Part shown: positions 18,890 to 27,178 of the stretch, in pieces | Layout: every line of letters begins with the position of its first letter | Position numbering within the stretch: the first letter of the stretch is position 1 | Source: Rickettsiales bacterium | GTDB taxonomy: Bacteria; Pseudomonadota; Alphaproteobacteria; Rickettsiales; UBA3002 | NCBI GenBank assembly: GCA_028281385.1 | Contig: JANQJY010000098.1 | Coordinates: 11,180 to 75,179 of the forward strand | Length of the DNA: 64,000 nt | Direction of reading: 5' to 3' | The notes under the pieces: model-generated | The model's database searches: none | Told to the model about the DNA's origin: nothing | What the model saw: only the letters and a program-made list of their open reading frames with translations | Translations under genes and position numbers: made by a program

Positions 18890-20533
18890 ATGGCCGATGA
18901 TGAAAACAAGATCAAACTTCCACCGAAAGAGGTACAGGCACTGCTACGTCCTATCATGCTTGAGCCGGCAAGTACGGTTGGACAGGGCATCATAGACGCT
19001 ATCAAGCACCGGCAGGCGGTTAGGACACTTGAATCCGAAAAAGACCGCATCGCTCCTGAAAAACGTGATGAATATATGGCAGGATTTCGCCGTCGCGAAA
19101 AAGAAGCCGTCACTGCCCTTGCCGAAGCGATTCTGCTCAATGATAAAAATATACAGCAACAATTAAGCGATGCAGGCATTACTCCGACGGATATTTATCA
19201 TTACCCAAAACTCGAACAAGACTCAGCGAGATATCAGGAAATTCTGGATGATGTCTGGGAAAAAGCGGAAAGAATATACGAGCTTACCGGACGGGGTGAC
19301 AATGTCGAACAGATTTATACCAGCATCAAAGCTGCAATTGATACCGCACAACCAAACACAACATTTGATGGTCTGAGTCCTCTTGATGAATGGGATGAAG
19401 AATTCAAAAAACAGGAAGACAAGCGTGCCGAATTTTTACGGCATATGATCTGGCAGAATCGGGCGCTGTATACCATCGGCCAGACACTGGAAATGCTCGC
19501 TCCACAATCAGAGCCGGAACCGATCGACAAATCTTCCGATCAGATCATCAGTGAAATTACCGGCATCCCGCTTGATGAAGCCGGTAAATTACTGGCTGAA
19601 CCGACGAAGGAAAATATCGAGAAATACGCCAAAGACGGTTCGGCCTATCAATTTTTAGACACGCAGGAGAAAGCAGGAAACATCTCTTTCCCGAGCGAAG
19701 AAGCAAAGCTGGCCTATGCTTCTGCCCTTGGCCGTATCGTCGAGGTTAAAGTCCGTGAAGTTGCAGGTGGCCGGTCGATTCGCGGTGCTGCCGGCTATCT
19801 CTTGATGGGAGGCGGACAGGCCTTCGGTCATCTCAAAGGGCTGTTGGGTGATGCCATCACCGGCGAGGAAAATGCCCTCACACTGGATCAACGCACTAAA
19901 CAGGGCATGGACACATTGACCAGGCAAGTCATGATCAATGTCGAAAAAGAGGTGTGGTGGTCCTTTACTTATGGTCCGAACGACCCAAGCCTGCCGGATG
20001 ATTTGCGGCAGGATTTACGCGCCATCAGCAAAATCTATGGCAGAGGTGTACGTGAAGAATTCCAGAGCCTGGCCTCTGCCTATACCGGCGTGCGAACCGG
20101 GCATATCAAAATGAACGACATGGTCGCTCCGGATAGACAAACCCATGAGGCAGGCATTACACTGCACGCCACATGGGGTGGCCGCATCCACAAGGATGTA
20201 GACTGGATCGCCGATAAAACAGGAGAATTACCACCTGCTGGTGAAAAATGGTGGCAAACTGCCAGCCGCAAATCCGCCATTCGAAAAGCGTCATTGCCGG
20301 GTGGCGTGGATACGTCTATGCGTTTTCGCAATGGTCATAATGCAGCGACTGCTGCAAAACTCCGTCAAGAAAGATATGATGACGTATTCGCACGCTCACT
20401 TGCCCAGCAACATATCGGGAAAGGCCATTATTACTCTGAAGATCCAGATTTTACAGGCACGGTCGACGACATTACCGCACAATTACAAAACGGAGTGTCC
20501 AAACCGGAACTGATTGCTCGTTACATAGGCTAA
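18890..20533 (+). CDS. hypothetical protein (547 aa)
   Basis: Long ORF 32 nt after the previous gene, probably in the same operon. Confidence 0.6.
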   Translation: MADDENKIKLPPKEVQALLRPIMLEPASTVGQGIIDAIKHRQAVRTLESEKDRIAPEKRDEYMAGFRRREKEAVTALAEAILLNDKNIQQQLSDAGITPTDIYHYPKLEQDSARYQEILDDVWEKAERIYELTGRGDNVEQIYTSIKAAIDTAQPNTTFDGLSPLDEWDEEFKKQEDKRAEFLRHMIWQNRALYTIGQTLEMLAPQSEPEPIDKSSDQIISEITGIPLDEAGKLLAEPTKENIEKYAKDGSAYQFLDTQEKAGNISFPSEEAKLAYASALGRIVEVKVREVAGGRSIRGAAGYLLMGGGQAFGHLKGLLGDAITGEENALTLDQRTKQGMDTLTRQVMINVEKEVWWSFTYGPNDPSLPDDLRQDLRAISKIYGRGVREEFQSLASAYTGVRTGHIKMNDMVAPDRQTHEAGITLHATWGGRIHKDVDWIADKTGELPPAGEKWWQTASRKSAIRKASLPGGVDTSMRFRNGHNAATAAKLRQERYDDVFARSLAQQHIGKGHYYSEDPDFTGTVDDITAQLQNGVSKPELIARYIG

Positions 20534-20693
20534 TTCCACCACAATTTCCGCTCCTTTTCTGAAAAAATCGGTAATCTCCCCCACAGATGGTGCAATTTTC
20601 TTTGCAGATGGGGTGTCCTGTCGCCTATAGTAATGGGTGTAAACTATCCTATATTATACGTATATACATAATGTGTGGGGAGTCCGAATCACC

Positions 20694-21146
20694 ATGGGTG
20701 GCAAGATAAAATTTCATCTGATTGCAATTTCCAGTATCGTGCTGGTGATCATGGGAGTGTATTTCCTACAGCAATCGATGAATGCGCCGGAAGAAGTACC
20801 CGATGGCACGCCTGCTGAGGAGCGGCTTATTATCATTGCCCATGCGAACTGGGGGCTTAACTGCAACCGCTATATCGAATATCGCAACAAGCAGAATGCC
20901 CGGAAAGAGGAATTTAAACCCCGTGCACTGATCCAGGAAAACAACATGCTCTCGAAGGTTGCTCAATTCTGCAATGGTAAGAAGGTCTGTGAATTCGTTG
21001 CCGATGACAAAACCTTTGGGACAGAGCGTGTGCAATCCTGTGCCAAGCGGTTTCAGGTGGTGTATCGCTGTTTCGAATATGACCGTCCGTGGGAGATAAA
21101 TGCCAACCCGCGCGAAAAAATTACCATCAACTGTAAAGACAAATAA
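20694..21146 (+). CDS. membrane-anchored protein with SUEL/rhamnose-binding-lectin-like Cys pattern
   Basis: N-terminal TM; ..IIAHANWG..CNGKKVCEFVADDKTFGTERVQSCAKRFQVVYRC resembles the Gal_Lectin consensus (A.YG .. CnGk..C..FG.DPC...K.L.V.Y.C). Confidence 0.45.
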   Translation: MGGKIKFHLIAISSIVLVIMGVYFLQQSMNAPEEVPDGTPAEERLIIIAHANWGLNCNRYIEYRNKQNARKEEFKPRALIQENNMLSKVAQFCNGKKVCEFVADDKTFGTERVQSCAKRFQVVYRCFEYDRPWEINANPREKITINCKDK

Positions 21147-21151
21147 ATGAC

Positions 21152-21964
21152 ATGGAATTTATCGCGCCGTTCCCCTCGCTTTATCTTGCTAAATGGGGGT
21201 TTCTGGCACTGCTATTTGTCGGGATGCTGGTCTATGGCTGGTGGTATAAGCGCTGGCTGCATCGTATTGCGCTAACACACTCCTATGTCGAGCAGAGCCG
21301 ACTGCTGCATCAACAGCTACGCATCCGCCATATGCAATGGGTTGGCACATTGTTTCTAGCATTATCGCTTACCATCTGGGTGGATTATCACCACATGTCG
21401 CTGCCGGAAAGCAAAGAGCGTCATCCTGAGTCCACCGCTGCAACTATAGCAGAAACGGCTGTCAAAGAACCTGTTACCACTGATAGGAATGATGTAACCA
21501 CTTCGGCTTCTCAGAATGGCACTATCCCAAACGTTGAGCTCCAAACACCGGACTCCGAACTCACACCTCCCAGGCTGGACGATCTCAGCGATGATGACAT
21601 CCTCAGCCTGTTTCAACCAACATCCTTGTCGCTGGAAGCATCCGATGGGCTCGACCAGTTAAAAAGCGATGTCGAACAGCTGCTGGTCGCCACCTATATC
21701 TTACGCCATTGCCACATGATCAGCGTCGGCGAGGACACAACGATACATCAGCGGCTATATGCCTATCTCACGTCGCAAAAGCAGGCGATTGAGGCTTTTG
21801 GCACGAATGTGGACGTGTTGGCCGATAATATTGCCGTCGCGGCGCTGGGTACATTTCAGCTGCGTTACCAGGGCCGCCCGTGTGATACACAGCAATTGCC
21901 CTCTCTGACGAGGCAGATGGAAAACTGGCTGAAAAAAACGGAAATTATCGTAAAAAATCCCTGA
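21152..21964 (+). CDS. hypothetical membrane-anchored protein (270 aa)
   Basis: Two N-terminal hydrophobic helices; starts 5 nt after the previous stop. Confidence 0.5.
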   Translation: MEFIAPFPSLYLAKWGFLALLFVGMLVYGWWYKRWLHRIALTHSYVEQSRLLHQQLRIRHMQWVGTLFLALSLTIWVDYHHMSLPESKERHPESTAATIAETAVKEPVTTDRNDVTTSASQNGTIPNVELQTPDSELTPPRLDDLSDDDILSLFQPTSLSLEASDGLDQLKSDVEQLLVATYILRHCHMISVGEDTTIHQRLYAYLTSQKQAIEAFGTNVDVLADNIAVAALGTFQLRYQGRPCDTQQLPSLTRQMENWLKKTEIIVKNP

Positions 21965-22006
21965 ACCGGCGATTTTACACATTTTTTCGTCAAATTCTTC
22001 CGAAAA

Positions 22007-22021
22007 TTAACTGCTTTTTAA
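22007..22021. promoter_or_regulatory. TTAA-N7-TTAA (CtrA-type box candidate)
   Basis: ttaactgctttttaa; about 100 nt upstream of 22122. Confidence 0.3.
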
Positions 22022-22121
22022 GCCGATCTTTGCAATTTGTTAACCTTTTTACGCTATGCTTAAAAATAGAGCACGGATTAACTGTGCCGGTTGAATTATT
22101 AGTAAAAGGCAGGCAAGACAC

Positions 22122-22616
22122 ATGCGCACATTGATGCCCTCATTGCTGTTCGGTTCGCTGACGTTTATGGCCATTATCTGGATAAACGCGAATCACCCCG
22201 AGATGATCGACGGTGTCATGTCATCTCTGCGCAATGAGGCTATTTCCTCACAGTTGCCATCCAACAAGGAAGAGCGGGCCCGCATGGATCGTATCAATGG
22301 TCTGCTGATTTCCGAACGTAACAAAGAAGACTTACGTAACGGCCGTCCATTCTGGGATGCTGCGCCACATATGGTGGAACTGGCGTTCGGCGTCTATGCT
22401 GACGATTCGGTTGTTCGGGTAAAAAACAACACATCATATGAGTTCCAGACCTATAGTTTCGGTGCCGGGGCAGATCCGATAGTAGCGGAATTTCAGAACA
22501 GCAAGCTCGCCTGCATGCATTATCCCAACCAGCAGCAGTCCTTATGCAATGATTCACGTGTCAGCTACTACAAATCGATTCGCGATTTGAGAAAAGGTTA
22601 TCCGTTTAATTTGTAA
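22122..22616 (+). CDS. hypothetical exported protein (164 aa)
   Basis: N-terminal hydrophobic signal or anchor; TTAA-N7-TTAA box about 100 nt upstream. Confidence 0.5.
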   Translation: MRTLMPSLLFGSLTFMAIIWINANHPEMIDGVMSSLRNEAISSQLPSNKEERARMDRINGLLISERNKEDLRNGRPFWDAAPHMVELAFGVYADDSVVRVKNNTSYEFQTYSFGAGADPIVAEFQNSKLACMHYPNQQQSLCNDSRVSYYKSIRDLRKGYPFNL

Positions 22617-22622
22617 GCGTGC

Positions 22623-22643
22623 GAGCGGTCGTGTTTACAGCGG
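22623..22643 (+). repeat. family-A 5' fragment
   Basis: gagcggtcgtgtttacagcgg in the 40-nt gap before the g8 stop. Confidence 0.45.
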
Positions 22644-22656
22644 ATTATAATAGGTT

Positions 22657-23058
22657 TCAGTCATGTGCGAGCATGATCAGCGTAAGCGTTCCATGATAGG
22701 TCCGCCCGTCGCGCAGCAATTCAATGTCACTGCCGAGCGCATTCATCACAATGAGCGACTGACCCGCCAGACTCAATGATCCATCATCGAGCACGTCATA
22801 GATACGTTCCATGATATCGAGCGTTTCCTTACGTCCGCCAGTCCGGCTGTAGACATGGACTATGCCGGTGATTTCCGCCCCGTTCGTCGTGGCGGTCGAC
22901 CAGTCACGCTGTGTTGCATCGCCAATGACGACATAGGGATAGGCGGTGTTATCCGCCACGCGGTCATAAACACCGCTGATCATTCCCATCAACGCCGCAT
23001 CTGCTATCAGCGCATCATACATACCCTGTTGAATGTGGTTCAAACTGAATCCGCTCAT
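22657..23058 (-). CDS. RcGTA g8-like DUF3168 tail-completion protein
   Basis: ..MYDALIADAALMGMISGVYDRV..AYPYVVIGD..VHVYSR.GGRKE..IMERIYDVLDD pattern; 4-nt overlap with g7. Confidence 0.8.
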   Translation of the reverse strand: MSGFSLNHIQQGMYDALIADAALMGMISGVYDRVADNTAYPYVVIGDATQRDWSTATTNGAEITGIVHVYSRTGGRKETLDIMERIYDVLDDGSLSLAGQSLIVMNALGSDIELLRDGRTYHGTLTLIMLAHD

Positions 23059-23423
23059 GTGGCTACTCCTTCTTCGGCGAGAATTTCGAGAATAATACCC
23101 TGTTCTTCAACATTGCGTACGGCGCGGATATTGAATACCCGACCGGCATAGCTGATACGGTGTTTTGCTGTCACATCATTGCGATAACGCATGACAATAC
23201 GATGGGTAATGCGTTCGCTCAGCTGGAACTCATTCAGCCGTTCCACAGCCCCCGTGCGCAGCGGTAATAGTTCCGCCCATACCGTCGCAACATTGACCCA
23301 GCTTACCGTACTGCCGCCCATACCGTCCGCTGCTTCGCTTTCGGCCTGAATGGTAATACGCTGGCGCAAGCGTGACGCCAGCTCACGCGCATCACCCCAG
23401 CTTAATTTGCGGCGGAGACTCAT
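23055..23423 (-). CDS. RcGTA g7-like head-tail joining (head closure) protein
   Basis: LRQRITIQ..GG..W..VWAE..P..G.E..H.I.MRYR..VT..HRI.Y.GR.FNI..V.N pattern of the SPP1 gp16 / HK97 gp7-like family. Confidence 0.85.
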   Translation of the reverse strand: MSLRRKLSWGDARELASRLRQRITIQAESEAADGMGGSTVSWVNVATVWAELLPLRTGAVERLNEFQLSERITHRIVMRYRNDVTAKHRISYAGRVFNIRAVRNVEEQGIILEILAEEGVAT

Positions 23424-23956
23424 AACCGCACCTCTTTGCCAAAGTCATAGGCCGTATCGACAAATTCCGGTGGCAAGCTGGTCATGCGGTGTTCATACAG
23501 ATGGGCAATATGACGCAGGATACCCTGGCGAATGCCGGCAGGCACATCGCTCGCATTATTGCCATAGCCGGTGACATAGACAATCTCCACCTGATGTCCG
23601 ATCGACACTTCGTCAAATACCAGCGTGTCTTTCGCCGCATTCAGACCATATAAACTCGTATCAATGATGGTTTCGCTGTCGTCTTCTGCGATCAACTTCA
23701 CACTGGTAACCGACTGCACCGGTCCCATCGGCAATCGCGTACAGGCAGGTGCCGTCTCATCAAATGCCAGTTTCCAGCTCTGGGTGATCAGTGATTTCGC
23801 CAGATACTCCTCGGCGAATTCACGTGCTGCCACGATCATATCGGTGATCAGACTGTCATCGTCACTGCCGTCCACGCGCAGATAGTCTTTTGCCTCTGTC
23901 AGGCTGACCGATTCTGTCACCGGATCGGCGGTGCGTTCCAATAAATAATGGGTCAT
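23420..23956 (-). CDS. RcGTA g6-like head-tail connector (gp6-like adaptor)
   Basis: SLTEAKDYLRVDGSDDDSLITDMIVAAREFAEEYL; AAGGAG RBS before ATG 23956; the longer ORF to 23998 runs into a hairpin repeat. Confidence 0.85.
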   Translation of the reverse strand: MTHYLLERTADPVTESVSLTEAKDYLRVDGSDDDSLITDMIVAAREFAEEYLAKSLITQSWKLAFDETAPACTRLPMGPVQSVTSVKLIAEDDSETIIDTSLYGLNAAKDTLVFDEVSIGHQVEIVYVTGYGNNASDVPAGIRQGILRHIAHLYEHRMTSLPPEFVDTAYDFGKEVRL

Positions 23957-23993
23957 GGGGGTCTCCTTTTTGTTTTTCGGTGTTTTTTTATTC

Positions 23994-24016
23994 GTCATCC
24001 CGGCGAAAGCCGGGAT
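23994..24016 (+). repeat. GTCATCCCG-type REP-like hairpin
   Basis: gtcatcccggc-gaaa-gccgggat. Confidence 0.55.
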
Positions 24017-24044
24017 CTCGTCCCGCTTGCCGTATACCCAAACA

Positions 24045-24140
24045 ACACAGGGGTTAGCTTTTTACGTTAACCCTCCCGCTCCGGCCTCCTGGCCTCCGCG
24101 ATGCTTGAAGCACGAAAAATTGATGCATTGACCATCAATT
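24045..24140 (-). repeat. family-B element
   Basis: Reverse complement contains gccaggaggccggagcgggagggttaac (24066..24093). Confidence 0.6.
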
Positions 24141-24143
24141 TTT

Positions 24144-24344
24144 CTAGTTCAAGGGCTCAGGGCTGAGCCGGACATTCTGTCCTCCCATGCCCTCACCGAA
24201 TCCCGAACTTTTCTTTGCCGCTCCCTGGCGAAGAAAATACCGCGCCAACTCGTCACGCAGGTCATAACTCAGGCCTTTTTCAAACTGACGAATGGTATGA
24301 CCGTCCGGCGTTCCCCGGCGGGTTTCGAACATGGTGATACGCAT
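24144..24344 (-). CDS. small hypothetical protein (66 aa)
   Basis: ORF only; its C-terminal third is encoded by repeat DNA. Confidence 0.3.
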   Translation of the reverse strand: MRITMFETRRGTPDGHTIRQFEKGLSYDLRDELARYFLRQGAAKKSSGFGEGMGGQNVRLSPEPLN

Positions 24345-24455
24345 GGTGAAGTGGTAAGATGGTAGAGTAGTGAAACAGTGAAATGGTTATTCGTTATCCT
24401 GCGGAATGATGTTATCACCACATCACCAAGCGAAGCGATTCACCGTTTTACTATA

Positions 24456-25127
24456 CTACCGCCTCGCGAAGTGATAGAGCACGCCAATCGATGCCGCCGC
24501 ACCGGCCAGATTCGGTACCTGCCAGTTCACCGCATAGGATGCCCAGCGTTCCGCACTTTGTTCATCCATTCCGGCATTCTGCAAGACATTCTGCAACCCG
24601 CTCTGCCAAGCTATAGCCTGTTTTGGAATCACGCGGTTCAGCGCGATGATCCCGCCGAACTGGACACCGCGATCCGCTGCCACCGATACTGCCAGTTCCT
24701 TACCGGTAATATTGGGTACCTTGAACAGACGGTTGAATGCATATTGCCCGGCGAATTGTCCGGCAATGCTCATGGAGATATTCAACCCGAACAGATCGAC
24801 CAGCTTGTTTGCAATATCGACGGCCTGTTCTTCCTCTGTCTGCTTATGACGCTCCTCCTTCTCCTGAGGAGGATCAATACTCGGGAGATAGCCCAGTATT
24901 TTTTCGTAATGATCCAGATGCGGTTGAATATAACGTTTGGCGAAACCGCGTTTAAAACTCTTATATTCCTTGTCGAACAATACGTCGGCGATGAGCATGC
25001 TGCCAAGACCGGTCGCGGCAATACTGGCAAATTCGGCACCGCCACGCGCAATGGAAATCCGCGTGGGAACCGACGGTTTACGTAACCTTTCTATCAGACT
25101 TGTCTCGCTACTCATCTCATCATCCAA
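24456..25127 (-). CDS. hypothetical membrane protein (223 aa)
   Basis: ORF with hydrophobic segments; architecture loosely similar to 16708..17373. Confidence 0.5.
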   Translation of the reverse strand: MDDEMSSETSLIERLRKPSVPTRISIARGGAEFASIAATGLGSMLIADVLFDKEYKSFKRGFAKRYIQPHLDHYEKILGYLPSIDPPQEKEERHKQTEEEQAVDIANKLVDLFGLNISMSIAGQFAGQYAFNRLFKVPNITGKELAVSVAADRGVQFGGIIALNRVIPKQAIAWQSGLQNVLQNAGMDEQSAERWASYAVNWQVPNLAGAAASIGVLYHFARR

Positions 25128-25149
25128 TCATCTCGCACAAGCGAATGGG

Positions 25150-25228
25150 ACGCCAGCAGGCCGCCCCTTTAGTGCCCGAAGGGCTTAGGCTCATTGCGGA
25201 GGCCAGCAGACCGGAGCAGGAGCTTAAC
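25150..25228 (+). repeat. family-B element
   Basis: gccagcaggccg..ctttagtgcccgaagggcttaggctcattgc..gccagcagaccggagcaggagcttaac. Confidence 0.65.
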
Positions 25229-25485
25229 ACCATAATACAGACACACTTTTACACCTTACTTTCAGTGTACTATGAGTTGTGCACCTCTAGTATGAAGATT
25301 AAATGACGATTGAGCTTGACTAACTGATTGAACGATCAAAACCTTTCACGCAGCATATTTGTAAAAAATCGGATTAGAACGCTAGCGAAAATGTAAAGTA
25401 TTAAGTTGAGCAACGCAGTGTAGAAAACCTACATAAGTAGCGCAAACGCAAATACTTTACATTTGCAGCAAGTTATAAACCGATT

Positions 25486-25836
25486 TTATTGGTTGTCTGG
25501 ATGTTTGGGGTCGTTCTTAGCCAGATCCGTCGTCAGTTTTTCAGCGCTTTCCGTATCGGGGATATCGACCATCAACTCATGATTAAAGCCGTAATCCTTT
25601 TCCATACGCTCTTTCACATCTTCCGGCGGCTCTCCTTCGCCAGATTCGACAATCACGCCATAATCTTCCGGATAAAACATGCCAGATTTCTGGGCTTCCA
25701 TAAACTCTTCCAGCTTATCGGCGCGTACCGCCACATAAGCATAAATCGGATTGCCGTCAGGATTTTCACCGCGCACCAGTAAAATACAGACCGTTTTTTC
25801 GGCGATAATCTTTTCAGATCGACTTAAATCAGCCAC
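25486..25836 (-). CDS. small conserved hypothetical protein, paralogue of 45844..46116
   Basis: ..YAYVAVRADKLEEFMEAQKSG.F.PEDYGVIVESGEGEPPEDVKERMEKDYGF aligns with ..WAYYFVLVEPPKEQSFLKAIQGEGMIDLEDYGKVIASCYGEEPSQDIKDMMKERYGF. Confidence 0.55.
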   Translation of the reverse strand: MADLSRSEKIIAEKTVCILLVRGENPDGNPIYAYVAVRADKLEEFMEAQKSGMFYPEDYGVIVESGEGEPPEDVKERMEKDYGFNHELMVDIPDTESAEKLTTDLAKNDPKHPDNQ

Positions 25837-26024
25837 AGCGTAGACCTTTTTCTAGTTACACACGCCCTAAGCTTAACGAATTTCTGACATTTTAGCAAGT
25901 GACGGGCTTTTAGCCTGCCAATTTATTAAGCAATCCGGTAGTTTATTCACTAATTGCGGCAGATGTGCCACAGGCCCCTGTTCAGGTGTTAGTTAAAGTC
26001 TTTCCTGACAACCAAACCCGTATC

Positions 26025-26069
26025 TTCATAAAACTGTCACATATTTCTGTATGCATTTTAAGGTAAACT
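26025..26069 (+). promoter_or_regulatory. box promoter e (ttcataaaactgtcacat, 21-nt spacer, taaact)
   Basis: Box at 26025..26042; upstream of 26105..26278. Confidence 0.5.
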
Positions 26070-26104
26070 GGAATAAACAAGTAAAAAGACTCGGAGAAAG
26101 CACC

Positions 26105-26278
26105 ATGTCGGACGATATTATTTTACTCCCCGATGAATCGCATCAGGCAATGTTACGGGATGCGTTTGATTTCGAACGTGAAACAAAGAAAACATCCGGC
26201 CATATCAAAAAAGAAGACAAAAACACTCTTTCGGCCACCTTTGAAGCCGACGGCAGGAAATATTATACGGCCGGGTAA
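26105..26278 (+). CDS. small hypothetical protein (57 aa)
   Basis: GGAGAA RBS before ATG 26105; box promoter at 26025..26069. Confidence 0.35.
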   Translation: MSDDIILLPDESHQAMLRDAFDFERETKKTSGHIKKEDKNTLSATFEADGRKYYTAG

Positions 26279-26596
26279 TTACGCTGCTTGCGATAAACGG
26301 GCTTTTTTAACGCGTTTAAATACACGAACAGATTTTACTTCATTCTTAATTTGTTTGTGCTTGGTAGCGATATTGTAATTCCTTTGTAAGTTAAGCCAGA
26401 ATTCCGGAGTGGTATCAAATGCTTTCGCCAGTTTATGTGCCATCATCATAGATACTCCGGAACGACCGCTGGTAATATTACTTATAGTAGCAGGCGACAC
26501 ACCTAGCCTGTGCGCCAATTCCGCTGACGTGATCTCAAGGGGTTTCAAATAAAGGTTATTAAGAATTGTCCCCGGATGCTTTGGCTTTTTCATCAT
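26279..26596 (-). CDS. higA: HigA-type antitoxin (XRE HTH)
   Basis: HPGTILNNLYLKPLEITSAELAHRLGVSPATISNITSGRSGVS..MAHKLAKAF.TTPEFWLNLQRNY is the HigA/VapI pattern. Confidence 0.85.
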   Translation of the reverse strand: MMKKPKHPGTILNNLYLKPLEITSAELAHRLGVSPATISNITSGRSGVSMMMAHKLAKAFDTTPEFWLNLQRNYNIATKHKQIKNEVKSVRVFKRVKKARLSQAA

Positions 26597-26662
26597 GGCT
26601 ACATTTTTTTCAGCAATATTTCATATAATTCATTATAGAGAAAAAATCATCTCCTATAAAGT

Positions 26663-26941
26663 TTAATGGTAATCTTCATAGTTTAAATCTGTTGCTTCGC
26701 CATCAACAAATATAAATGTCACCCTCCAATTTGCCCTTACAGTGATAGCCCACTCTCCTTCACGATTTCCTTTCAACGGATGCAGATCGAACCCAGGAGC
26801 TGCGCAATCTTTAATTTTTGTCGCCGCATCCAAGACCGTCAAAATCTCTTGCAACTTATATGCATGCTTAGGATTAACACCTTTACTACTGTTGCTGGTA
26901 TAAAGGGCCTTTAAACCTTTATGTTTAATTTTACCTATCAC
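26663..26941 (-). CDS. higB: HigB-type toxin (RelE/ParE superfamily, killer protein)
   Basis: From GTG 26941: VIGKIKHKGLKALY..GVNPKHAYKLQEILTVLDAA..LHPLKGNREGEWAITVRANWRVTF.F.DGEATDLNYEDYH; toxin-first order. Confidence 0.8.
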   Translation of the reverse strand: MIGKIKHKGLKALYTSNSSKGVNPKHAYKLQEILTVLDAATKIKDCAAPGFDLHPLKGNREGEWAITVRANWRVTFIFVDGEATDLNYEDYH

Positions 26942-27030
26942 ATGCCTGTCATGACAAGCATATATGAAAAGAGCAACAAAAAACCAGGGACGCATTGCGT
27001 GATGCAACACGCCCCTGTAGGCAATGGAAG

Positions 27031-27178
27031 GGAGAGAGTTATATGTGAGAAGAGAGAAGAGGCTAGAAAATAGAGGCTAGGGATTTTACGCGCTAAAGGC
27101 GCGCAGGATATTTCGTTTGCAAAACAAACACATTCTTCATTCCCTAGCCTTTAACCTTTTATCTCTATTCTCTAACCT
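27031..27178. repeat. about 150-bp heptad-type palindromic element
   Basis: Arms gagaaga gagaaga ggctaga aaataga ggctagg and the reverse complement of ggttaga gaataga gataaaa ggttaaa ggctagg; two inner hairpins; abuts the capsid stop. Confidence 0.65.
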
